DNA from: Deltaproteobacteria bacterium
Lineage (GTDB): Bacteria > Myxococcota > Kuafuiibacteriia > Kuafuiibacteriales > Kuafuiibacteriaceae
Direction of reading: 5' to 3'
Length of the DNA: 64,000 nt
Assembly (NCBI GenBank): GCA_040218735.1
Contig: JAVJQW010000041.1
Location: 192,001 to 256,000, forward strand
The position numbers and the translations under genes are program-made. Positions 17,910 through 26,261 of this stretch are shown here, piece after piece. Positions within the stretch are counted from its first letter, which is position 1. Each line of letters opens with the position of its first letter. Under the pieces are notes generated by a model. That model saw only the letters and a program-made list of their open reading frames with translations, made no database searches and had not been told where the DNA came from.

Positions 17910-20204
17910 TCAGTTGCAGTCGGTCTCTTGCACCAGGCCGACCGGCGATCCGTAACCGTTGTCCTCGAGCGTCGGCGTCGAGCCGCAGTCCACGTACAGG
18001 TCCGCCATCGCGTTGCTGCCGAAGCTCGTGGAGCGGATCGAGACGCGCGCGCCGGTGCCCTCGAGGGTGACGCCGCCGCGGTGCCCGGGGCTCTGGCCAC
18101 CGGCGAACGCGATGCGGGTGTGCTCGAGGCGGCTCGTGCGGGACATCGCGCCGAAGCGCAGGCCGGCCCAGCTGCCGGGGACCGGGTCGTCGATCGCGCT
18201 CGTGAAGACCACGCGCTCCGAGGTGCCGCCGCTCGCGACGAGCGCGCCGCCGTAGGTCGTGCCGATCGCGAGGGAGGCGTCCGGCTCGAACCGAAGCTCG
18301 AGGCCCGCGCCGAGGGTGACCTCCGGCTCCGTGGCGCCATCGACGACGACCGTCCCGCGCACCGTCCACGGGAGCTCGCCCTTCGCCCACAGCGCCGAGC
18401 GCAGGACCTCGCCCCCCAAGATGACGTTCGCGGAGACGTCCGAGAAACGGGTGTCGCTGCCGACGCTCGCGACCGCGCTCGGGGCGAGCAGGAAGCCGAC
18501 CTGCGAAGAGACGATCGTGTTGCCCGAGAACATCGCGAACTCGAACCCCTCCGCGGTCGCGGCGATCGCCGACTGCCGGCAGTCTACGAACGTGCTGTCC
18601 TCGATCGCGATCCCGTCCCGCGCGACGCCGAGGATGCTCACGCAGCCGCTGACGTTCGGGCCGGGGGCGCCGCCGTCCCGCACTTCGACGTGGGCGAGGT
18701 GAGAGCCGGTCGCGGCGCGCGTGCCGAACACCAGGCCGCGCCAGGCCGCGCCGTCTGCGCCCGCCAGGACCACCGGAGCGCTGCCGGTGCCCTGCGCGAC
18801 GAGCGCGCCGGGGTTCGTCGTGCCGATCTCGATCCAGCGGTCCGCCGCCATCTCGAGCACGAGCCCCTCGCCGAGCGTGAGGACCGGGGCGTCCTCGCCG
18901 CGCACGCGAACGTCGTTGGTCACGCGCCAGGGGATGCTCTGCGCAACCCAGGTTGCATCGCTGCGCACCGTGCCACCGAACGTCACGTTGCGGGGCACGT
19001 CGACGAACGTCGTCACGGGGATCGAGCCGAGGACGTCGGCGCGCACCGAGAGCCCGACGGGGGCGCGTGTGATCGTCACGCCCGACATCACGTCGAACGC
19101 GAGGTCCGCGCTCTCCGACGCGCCGATCGCGGCGAGCGCGCAGTCGTCGAACGTCACGTCGCTCAGACGCACGGCGGCCTGCGCGCGAACGTCCAGCGAG
19201 AGGCAGCCGAGCACCATCGTCCCGGCGGCGCCTGCGCGGCCGATCCGCGTGTGCGCGAGCGAAGCCTCCGAGGCGTGAGGGCCCAACACGACGCCGTGCC
19301 ACCGCTCCGTCTCTGAGCCCGACGTCAGCTCGACCGCCGCCTCGGCGCCCCCCGTCGTCCGTAGCGCGCCGGGTTCTTCGAGGCCGACCGCGAGCCAGCG
19401 GTCCGCCGGGAAGCGGAGCTTCACGCCCGCGTCGAGGGTGAGGACGGGGGCGTTCGGACCACCGACGACGAGGTCACCCTCGACATCCCACGGGACGCCG
19501 GTCGCGCGCAGCGTGGTGTCGGCGAGGATCGGCGCGCTCAGGAGGATGTTCCGCGTCGCTCCGCCGAGCTCGAGCGCCGGGAGGTTCCGGGCCGCGTCCG
19601 GCGTCGCGCTGACGCCGACGACCGTGTCGACGAACGTCACGTTCGAGAGCCCCACGCGCCCGCGGTCGAGCACCAGCCCCGGCCCGACGCACCGGACGAG
19701 CTCGACGTTCGACAGCTCGAGGACGTCGGCCGCGAGCTGCTGCACGGAGACACACCCGCGACGTGGGTCGTTCGCGACACCCGCGCCCTCGACCGTCACG
19801 TGTTGAACCCGGCTCGAAGGCATCGTCCCGCCCGCGAAGACGATGCCGCCCCAGGAGCGCCCGTTCCCCGTCGGGTCCGGCGCGCTGACGAAGCGGATCG
19901 GCGCGTCCTGGGTGCCGGCCGCGACGAGGCTCCCGGGGCTCCCTTCGCCGACGATCAGCGAGGCGCCCGGGTCGAAGACCAACGTCGTCCCGGGCGCGAT
20001 CGTGAGCGTGTGGCCGTCGTCGACGATGACGTCGGCCGTGACGCGCAGGCTGCGGCAGTCCGCGGACTGGAGGGTGCGATCTGCGCCGAGCCGCCCCGTG
20101 TCGGCGACACACGGCGAGGGCGTCGCGAAGGTCGCGCTGTCACCGCAGGCTGCGTTGCAGGCCCCGAGGGCCGCGCCGAACAAGAGCAGGTACCGATTCA
20201 TCAC
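17910..20204 (-). CDS. Repeat-containing beta-helix (pectin-lyase-like) lipoprotein
   Basis: Lipobox ALGA-C; repeated units (LT..G..L.F....L.VG...PG.L...G; W.G..F/LG; S.L.H..I..AG). Confidence 0.72.
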   Translation of the reverse strand: MMNRYLLLFGAALGACNAACGDSATFATPSPCVADTGRLGADRTLQSADCRSLRVTADVIVDDGHTLTIAPGTTLVFDPGASLIVGEGSPGSLVAAGTQDAPIRFVSAPDPTGNGRSWGGIVFAGGTMPSSRVQHVTVEGAGVANDPRRGCVSVQQLAADVLELSNVELVRCVGPGLVLDRGRVGLSNVTFVDTVVGVSATPDAARNLPALELGGATRNILLSAPILADTTLRATGVPWDVEGDLVVGGPNAPVLTLDAGVKLRFPADRWLAVGLEEPGALRTTGGAEAAVELTSGSETERWHGVVLGPHASEASLAHTRIGRAGAAGTMVLGCLSLDVRAQAAVRLSDVTFDDCALAAIGASESADLAFDVMSGVTITRAPVGLSVRADVLGSIPVTTFVDVPRNVTFGGTVRSDATWVAQSIPWRVTNDVRVRGEDAPVLTLGEGLVLEMAADRWIEIGTTNPGALVAQGTGSAPVVLAGADGAAWRGLVFGTRAATGSHLAHVEVRDGGAPGPNVSGCVSILGVARDGIAIEDSTFVDCRQSAIAATAEGFEFAMFSGNTIVSSQVGFLLAPSAVASVGSDTRFSDVSANVILGGEVLRSALWAKGELPWTVRGTVVVDGATEPEVTLGAGLELRFEPDASLAIGTTYGGALVASGGTSERVVFTSAIDDPVPGSWAGLRFGAMSRTSRLEHTRIAFAGGQSPGHRGGVTLEGTGARVSIRSTSFGSNAMADLYVDCGSTPTLEDNGYGSPVGLVQETDCN

Positions 20205-20281
20205 GGCGGGGTGCGCGTCTGCGCTCGCCCCTCAGCATACTCGCGTCCAGGTGCGGGCGGCAGCTTTTCGCGCGAAGGCGG

Positions 20282-20989
20282 TCAGGGGACGTCGCGCCAG
20301 AGCCGGATTCCGCCGAGCAGTCCCGCGACGTTGGGGACGATACACACGTTGTCCGGGAGGTTGCCCTTCAGCTTCTTGGCGTTTCCGCCGCCGACGTGGA
20401 TCAGGCGGGGATTCCAGATGGGCTGGATCTGCGCCAGCACCCGGCGGACGCGTTTGTTCCAGGCCTTGTCGCCGATGGCCTTGAGCGCCGCCTTGCCGAT
20501 GTACTCCTCGTACGTGCGCTTCTTCGTGAGCGGGTGGTGTCCCAGCTCGAGGTTCGGGACGAGGTGGCCATCCACGAACAGCGCCGACCCCATCCCGGTG
20601 CCGAGGGTCAGCACCATCTCGACACCCTCACCCTCGATCACCCCGAGGCCTTGGACGTCGGCGTCGTTCGCGATGCGCACCATCCGCTCCGTCGCGACCT
20701 CCAGCTCGCGGCCGAGCGGGAACTGGGCCCACTCGCCGTCGAGGTTCGGCGCCGTATGTACGACGTTGTCGACGACGACCCCCGGAAAGCCTACGGACAC
20801 GCGCTCGAACGCGGGCTGGGGTTTGATGACCGCCATGATCGCGGCGACGACCGCCTCGGGTGTCGCCGGCCGCGGCGTACGCACGCGGACGCGCTCGGAG
20901 ATGGGCTCGCCGGCCTCGTCGAGGACCATCGACTTGATACCGGTCCCCCCCACATCGATCGTGAGGGTGGCGCGGGCGACATCGGACAT
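20282..20989 (-). CDS. ppgK: ROK-family sugar kinase, polyphosphate glucokinase-like
   Basis: IDVGGTGIK, VGFPGVV, NDAD, LTLGTGMGSALF.DG.LVPNLELGH, GGGNAKK; lacks the Cys-rich Zn motif of other ROK kinases; ATG at 20989. Confidence 0.82.
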   Translation of the reverse strand: MSDVARATLTIDVGGTGIKSMVLDEAGEPISERVRVRTPRPATPEAVVAAIMAVIKPQPAFERVSVGFPGVVVDNVVHTAPNLDGEWAQFPLGRELEVATERMVRIANDADVQGLGVIEGEGVEMVLTLGTGMGSALFVDGHLVPNLELGHHPLTKKRTYEEYIGKAALKAIGDKAWNKRVRRVLAQIQPIWNPRLIHVGGGNAKKLKGNLPDNVCIVPNVAGLLGGIRLWRDVP

Positions 20990-21057
20990 CACGTCCCGAT
21001 ACTCCTCTTTTTGCTCGAAGCAAAGCGTGCAGGAATCTGTGATATCCCTGCCTTGCC

Positions 21058-22968
21058 GTGTCGGATGCACATGAACACGCGGCCCTGGTCCGCCTGATCC
21101 TCGACCACGCGCCCGTGACGATCTGGGCGATCGATCTCGAGGGCAACGTCGTGCTCTCCGAGGGGCGCGCGAACGTCGCCGCCGGTCGGCCGTACCTCGG
21201 CACGAGCCTCAAGGGGATGCTGGGCGAGGACAACCCGCTGTGGCGCAACCACCTCCGCGCGATGGAGGGCGAAATCGTGCGCGCCAACGGCGCCCACGAG
21301 GGTGTGCAGTACGACTCGACGTACCTCCCCATCCGCGACGCCGAAGGGCGCATCACCGGCGTACTCGGCCTCGGCGCCGACATCTCGGAGCGCGCCGCCG
21401 CCCACGACGAGCTGCGCCGAACCGAGGCCATCACCGCCAAGCTGATCGACACCATCCCGGCCGGCGTCGTCCTCGTCAGCACCGACGGCAACATCCTCGA
21501 GGCCAACCAGAAGGCCTGCGAGGTCCTGGGCCTCACCCGCGACGAGCTCAACCAGCGCGTCGTCCAGGACTTCGAGACCAAGACGATCTACGAGGACGGC
21601 GAGGAGTGCCCCGTCGAGGACTATCCGGTCGTGCGATGTTTGCAGACCGGGCAGCCCCAACCGGCGCTCCTCCTCGGCGTGCACCGACCGGATCGTGCCG
21701 TGCGGTGGGCGGTGTTCTCCGCCGTCCCCGCGCACCACCCGGACACCGGCGTGCTGCTCGGGGCGATCGTCAGCTTCCTCGACGTCACGGAGTCTCGCGC
21801 CGCCGACGAGGAGCGACGAAAGCTCGAGGAGCGCCTCGCCCACACGCAGAAGATGGAAGCGATCGGACGTCTCGCGGGCGGGATCGCGCACGACTTCAAC
21901 AACCTCCTCGTCGCGATCCTCGGGCACGCCGAAGTCGTCAGACTCGACGCGGAGCCGGGGTCGGGCCTCGAGCGCAGCGCCAACACGATCACCCACGCCG
22001 CGCAGCGCGCAGCGCAGCTCACGGAGCAGCTGCTCGGCTTCGCGCGGAAGGGCAAGAAGGAACACGTGCCGGTCGACCTCGACCACACCGTGCATCGCGT
22101 CCTTCAGCTCCTGTCGCGCACGATCGACAAACGGATCGTCACGCAGCACACGCCGCACCCCGGCGGCGCGTGGATCGCGGGGGACTCCGGGCAGATCGAG
22201 CAGGTCCTCGTGAACCTCGCGCTCAACGCGTGCGACGCGATGCCGAGCGGCGGCGAGCTCACGTTCTCGATCGTCGCGAAGGACGTCGACGGTGAGCCTC
22301 GCCTGCACCTCGTGGTTCGCGACACCGGAACGGGCATCCCACCCGAGGTGGCGGATCAGATCTTCGAGCCGTTCTTCACGACCAAGGACGTCGGGAAGGG
22401 CACCGGAATGGGGCTCGCGGTCGCCTACGGAATCGCGCGCAGCCACGGCGGTTGGCTCCGGCTCCTGGAGACGGGCTCCACCGGGACCGCGTTCGTGCTC
22501 GACCTCCCGCGGGTGTCGCTGAGCGCGATGTCGGAGGAGGTGACGCCGCGGCCGGAGTCGTTGCAGCGCGCGCGGATCCTCCTCGTCGACGACGAGCCGC
22601 TCCCGCGCGAGACCACGCAGATGAGCTTGGAGTCCCTGGGGCACGAGGTCGTCGCGGCGAGCGACGCCGCGCAGGCGGTGCTCGAGCTGTCGCGGAGCCC
22701 GAAGGGGTTCGACGTGGTGTTACTCGACTTCGTCATGCCCCGCGTTCGGGGCGACGATTGTTTCAAGGCGCTGCGCGCGATCGATCCGAACGTGCGGGTG
22801 ATCGTGATGTCGGGGCTCGCGGACAACGCGATCGTATCGTTCGTCCGCGACGAGGGTGTGGCGGGATTTCTGCCGAAGCCGTTCACGCGCGCGCAGCTCG
22901 CGCGCGCCGTGGACGACGTGGTGCTCGCGCGGGCTACGGGACGCGCTGGTCCGGGATCCGAATCGTAA
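21058..22968 (+). CDS. PAS-PAS hybrid sensor histidine kinase/response regulator (CckA-like architecture, soluble)
   Basis: H-box QKMEAIGRLAGGIAHDFNNLL, NLALNACDAMP, DTGTGI, FFTTKDVGKGTGMGL, receiver LVDDE..LLDFVMP..KPF. Confidence 0.94.
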   Translation: MSDAHEHAALVRLILDHAPVTIWAIDLEGNVVLSEGRANVAAGRPYLGTSLKGMLGEDNPLWRNHLRAMEGEIVRANGAHEGVQYDSTYLPIRDAEGRITGVLGLGADISERAAAHDELRRTEAITAKLIDTIPAGVVLVSTDGNILEANQKACEVLGLTRDELNQRVVQDFETKTIYEDGEECPVEDYPVVRCLQTGQPQPALLLGVHRPDRAVRWAVFSAVPAHHPDTGVLLGAIVSFLDVTESRAADEERRKLEERLAHTQKMEAIGRLAGGIAHDFNNLLVAILGHAEVVRLDAEPGSGLERSANTITHAAQRAAQLTEQLLGFARKGKKEHVPVDLDHTVHRVLQLLSRTIDKRIVTQHTPHPGGAWIAGDSGQIEQVLVNLALNACDAMPSGGELTFSIVAKDVDGEPRLHLVVRDTGTGIPPEVADQIFEPFFTTKDVGKGTGMGLAVAYGIARSHGGWLRLLETGSTGTAFVLDLPRVSLSAMSEEVTPRPESLQRARILLVDDEPLPRETTQMSLESLGHEVVAASDAAQAVLELSRSPKGFDVVLLDFVMPRVRGDDCFKALRAIDPNVRVIVMSGLADNAIVSFVRDEGVAGFLPKPFTRAQLARAVDDVVLARATGRAGPGSES

Positions 22969-23464
22969 TCGGGTTGCGCGGCGTGAAGTCCTCGCGCGGC
23001 TGGAGCGTCGACCCGTCCGGGAGCGTCGCGCCGCCGCCGTTGACGCCGGGGAGCGTCGGTCCGCGGACGGGGACGTCGACCTCACCGGGCTCGCCGGGAG
23101 GCGCCTGACCGTCGGGGAGCGTACCCGGCGCGGTCGGGAGCGGCGCTTCGATCGGCGCGACCGGGTTGTTGATCTGCGTCTCGGCGATGTTGCGCGCGAT
23201 GTACGAGCCGCCGACGGCGGCGGCGATCATCGTACCGACGACGGCGGCGCCGATGAGGAGCTTCCGGAAGAAGCCCGTCTTGCGGGTCGCCTGCGTGCGG
23301 GCAGGTGCGTCGGCCTTCGTCGTGGCGTCCTGCGCGTCCGCGGTCTGCACCGCGCCGGTCGCGGGGGCGTCGGCGACGGGCTGCTGCGCGCCGACGTTGG
23401 CGTCGCGTCCGGGGACGAAGGGCTGGTGGTCGATGGAACCAGAATCGCGGGGGGTCACGGGCAT
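22934..23464 (-). CDS. Hypothetical single-TM protein with disordered N-terminus and Pro-rich C-terminus
   Basis: ATG 11 bp after upstream stop; RKTGFFRKLLIGAAVVGTMIAAAVGG TM; GC3-biased codons. Confidence 0.65.
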   Translation of the reverse strand: MPVTPRDSGSIDHQPFVPGRDANVGAQQPVADAPATGAVQTADAQDATTKADAPARTQATRKTGFFRKLLIGAAVVGTMIAAAVGGSYIARNIAETQINNPVAPIEAPLPTAPGTLPDGQAPPGEPGEVDVPVRGPTLPGVNGGGATLPDGSTLQPREDFTPRNPITIRIPDQRVP

Positions 23465-23475
23465 GACTGAAAACC

Positions 23476-23922
23476 TCAGGCGTCCACCGACTCGCGGCGG
23501 ACACTTCGAGCGATCGACTCGAAGAGCGAACGGTGCGCGTCGATCCGGTCGACCGCACAGGTGAACGAGAGCAGGGCGACGTCCCCGACGGGGGTCGCGA
23601 AGAAGTACTGGAGCTGGTGGAGCGCGACCGCGTCGCGCGTCTCGAAGCGCTGCTCCGAACGGAACGCGGGGGCGCCGTCGATCTCGGCCGGGCCCTCGTC
23701 GACGATCGCGTGGGCCTTCACCGTCTTGGCGTGTGAGGCGACCAACCGGCGGGCCAGGGTCTCGAGCGGCGTCTTGCCGGCCGCGGACTCCCGCGTCAGC
23801 GAGACGGAGGGCGCACCTTCGTCGGCGGTCTGCTCCGCGCGGTCGGTGAGCGTGACGACGGAGAGATCGGACCACTTCGGGGGCGCCGCGAAGGCGATCT
23901 CTCCGTAGTGAAAGCTCCGCAT
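23476..23922 (-). CDS. DcrB/DUF1795 (PsbP/Mog1-fold)-like protein
   Basis: P.KW.D.SV, PSVSLTRE, IDG.PA, LSFTC, FESIARS pattern; GGGAGGGG RBS. Confidence 0.7.
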   Translation of the reverse strand: MRSFHYGEIAFAAPPKWSDLSVVTLTDRAEQTADEGAPSVSLTRESAAGKTPLETLARRLVASHAKTVKAHAIVDEGPAEIDGAPAFRSEQRFETRDAVALHQLQYFFATPVGDVALLSFTCAVDRIDAHRSLFESIARSVRRESVDA

Positions 23923-23943
23923 CTCTCAGGCCCCTCCCATCGC

Positions 23944-23970
23944 TTATCGGAGAGTGGGCGCATGAAGTTG
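23944..23970 (-). promoter_or_regulatory. Putative sigma28 (FliA/WhiG)-type promoter CAAC-N15-TCCGATAA
   Basis: Matches -10 consensus GCCGATAA at 7/8 with 15-nt spacer, about 20 bp upstream of the DcrB-like gene. Confidence 0.4.
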
Positions 23971-24037
23971 TGTGACCTACATGGATCTTCAGGACGGACC
24001 GCCGGTCCGGACCCGAGCTTGGGCCCAGATCGCGGGT

Positions 24038-26221
24038 TTACTTGGCCGAGAAGACCCCGAGATCCACCACGGCGCCCTCGGGGTTCACGTAGTCGACCCC
24101 GAACTTGCCGTCCCCGAGGTCCGCGATGACCAGATCGGAGCGCCCGGCCTCGGCGGTGAAGCCGCGGTCCCCCGAGCGCCCGCCGAACGCCGAGCTCGGG
24201 CCCGCGTTGTCGCCGTCGGTGTGGCCGACCGCGTGGAGGTGGGCCGTCACGACCGACGCGAGCGGGTTCACCTGCGCCGGGAAGCGGAAGCTGTTGTTGC
24301 TCTCGGCGGCGTCCGGCTTCAGCGGGACGAACCGCGGCGCGCCCCCTTCTACGACGAACATGCCGCCCAGCTCCGTGGTGTCGTCGGCCTGGTCCGCCTC
24401 GATCTGCGCGCCGATCGTCTTGCGGACGGCGCCGTCCTCGAGCGCGTTGAGCAGCCAGTCGATCCGCACCAGGTCACTCGTCGAGAGTTTGTCGACGTGG
24501 TCCTCGAAGCGCTCCGAGTACTCCGCCGCGCGGTCCGAGCGATGCGCGTGCGGCGTCGCCGTGAGGCGCTCCGTGAGCGAGGTGATCAACGCGTCGCGCG
24601 GCTGGGGCGTGGCGACCGACCACACGTAGACGTCGTCGAGGCGCGCGTCGGGGTCGTGCTTCTGGGCGCGCTGAATCGCCTGCTTCGAAGGGACATCGTC
24701 CTGGTCGGGGTGCTCGATGAACCGCTGCGCCAACGACGCGAGCTCACCGCGCGTGAGCGAGCGACCCAGGCGCTCCGCCACCGCATCGAGCCGCGCGAAG
24801 ATGGCGTCGTCGAGGGCGTCGACGGTCGCGAGGTTTGCGATGTTGTTGAAGTCCACGGCCGCTTCTCCGCCGTCGATGCGGGCGAGGACCTTCTCGAGCC
24901 GCGCTGCGTCCGCACCGCCTGCGACGCGGATCGCCACGACCGGGAGCGCCTCGACCGTCAGCCGCCGCCCCTCACCGACCCACGCACGCGCGCCTTCGAG
25001 CAGCGCCGCGAAGTCGACGTCGACGTGCCGCGCGCCCATCTTGGAGGGCGGGTCGATCCACATCCGAACCTCGTCGCGGTCGGCGCGGAGCGTCAGCAGC
25101 GACGTGAAGTCCGTGAGCGCCGCGGGACCGCCGGGGTACGGCGACATCCTCAGGCCGTCCGTCCACTCCAGGCCGACCGCCTCGAGCTGCGCGGCGCGTT
25201 CGATCATTCGATCCACACCCGCGTCGTCCCACCGCCCGAGCGCCACCACGTCGATCGGCGTGGGGGTGTACGCGAGCGCGGCGTCAGCGCGCGCCGCGCG
25301 GGCCGCGCCGTCGGCGTCGTAGTGCGGCGCGAGCGCGACCGCGACGACGTCCTGCAGCATGTCCCGAGGCCACGCTTCGAAGCTGGCGAGCCGCGCGTCG
25401 ACGTTCTCGGGGTGCAGCGATCCGAGTGTCCTCAGCCACGCCTTCTCGTGCGGCGACAGCGAAGCGGGTGAACGGCCCGACGCCACCCCGTACCCTTCGA
25501 CCACGGCCGCGAGCCCGATCCGGTAGGCGGCGTTGGTGTCGCTCGGTTTCAGGAACCCCTCCAGCGCCTCGGCCGCCTCGTCCCCGTAGGGCGTGAGCCT
25601 CGCGTCGAGCTCGGCGACGCGCGCGGTGGCGGCGTCCAGCTTGGCGAGGACCTCGGCGTGCTGGCCGGGGTACGCGGCGATCAGCGCCTCGACGTCGGCG
25701 ACGGCGCCCTCCAGTCGCTGCTTCTCGTTCGCGTCGTCCTCGAGGACGAGGTCCTTGTCCCACGACTCCAGGCCCGTCGTGTCCGCGGGCGTCCAGGCCG
25801 CGAGGGCCGCCTGCGCCTTTTCGAGCTCCTCGTCGAGGATCGGGCGGTTGCGTTCGTGCGAGGAGACGTTGATGCGCGCCACGGCCAGCGCGCTGACGGC
25901 CTCGCCGTACGCCTGCATCACGGACTGGTTCGCGTGGTACCGCTCGAGCGCCGGACCGCTCTCGTCCGCGGCGACCCACTCGATGGGGGCGCCCTTCGTC
26001 GTCGCGCCGGCGGCTCCGGCGCGTGCCGCGGCCGCCGGGAGGGCGACGCCCTGGGCGAGCATCAGCAGGGTCAGCCCGGTGGCGACCTTCCGCCGGACGC
26101 TCATCGACAGATCCGCCAGGCGGGGGCCAAAGGGCACGAACAGGCCCTTCGAGCGCACCTTGGTCGGTTGCTCCGTCGTGTCGACGCCCTGAATCGAGCG
26201 CCCCTGAACCCGGCTGATCAC
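24038..26221 (-). CDS. Large hypothetical exported protein with coiled coil and C-terminal JAB/MPN-like metallo-isopeptidase domain
   Basis: Signal/TM stretch RRKVATGLTLLMLAQGVALPAAAA; C-terminal TELGG...AHLHA...AGPS...GD resembles JAMM E..HxH..S..D; alternative start ATG 26105. Confidence 0.6.
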   Translation of the reverse strand: MISRVQGRSIQGVDTTEQPTKVRSKGLFVPFGPRLADLSMSVRRKVATGLTLLMLAQGVALPAAAARAGAAGATTKGAPIEWVAADESGPALERYHANQSVMQAYGEAVSALAVARINVSSHERNRPILDEELEKAQAALAAWTPADTTGLESWDKDLVLEDDANEKQRLEGAVADVEALIAAYPGQHAEVLAKLDAATARVAELDARLTPYGDEAAEALEGFLKPSDTNAAYRIGLAAVVEGYGVASGRSPASLSPHEKAWLRTLGSLHPENVDARLASFEAWPRDMLQDVVAVALAPHYDADGAARAARADAALAYTPTPIDVVALGRWDDAGVDRMIERAAQLEAVGLEWTDGLRMSPYPGGPAALTDFTSLLTLRADRDEVRMWIDPPSKMGARHVDVDFAALLEGARAWVGEGRRLTVEALPVVAIRVAGGADAARLEKVLARIDGGEAAVDFNNIANLATVDALDDAIFARLDAVAERLGRSLTRGELASLAQRFIEHPDQDDVPSKQAIQRAQKHDPDARLDDVYVWSVATPQPRDALITSLTERLTATPHAHRSDRAAEYSERFEDHVDKLSTSDLVRIDWLLNALEDGAVRKTIGAQIEADQADDTTELGGMFVVEGGAPRFVPLKPDAAESNNSFRFPAQVNPLASVVTAHLHAVGHTDGDNAGPSSAFGGRSGDRGFTAEAGRSDLVIADLGDGKFGVDYVNPEGAVVDLGVFSAK

Positions 26222-26234
26222 GTGGCCGAAGGAG

Positions 26235-26242
26235 TTATCGCA
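26235..26242 (-). promoter_or_regulatory. Putative sigma28-type -10 element TGCGATAA
   Basis: In the 40-bp intergenic gap, 14 bp upstream of the GTG at 26221; -35 element poor. Confidence 0.3.
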
Positions 26243-26261
26243 CTCGGGGGCGGATTCGTCC

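Noticed and set aside
24038-26221. JAB-like protein as part of CBASS or another ubiquitin-like antiphage system
   Set aside because: No CD-NTase, E1/E2 or Ubl gene adjacent, and the protein appears exported
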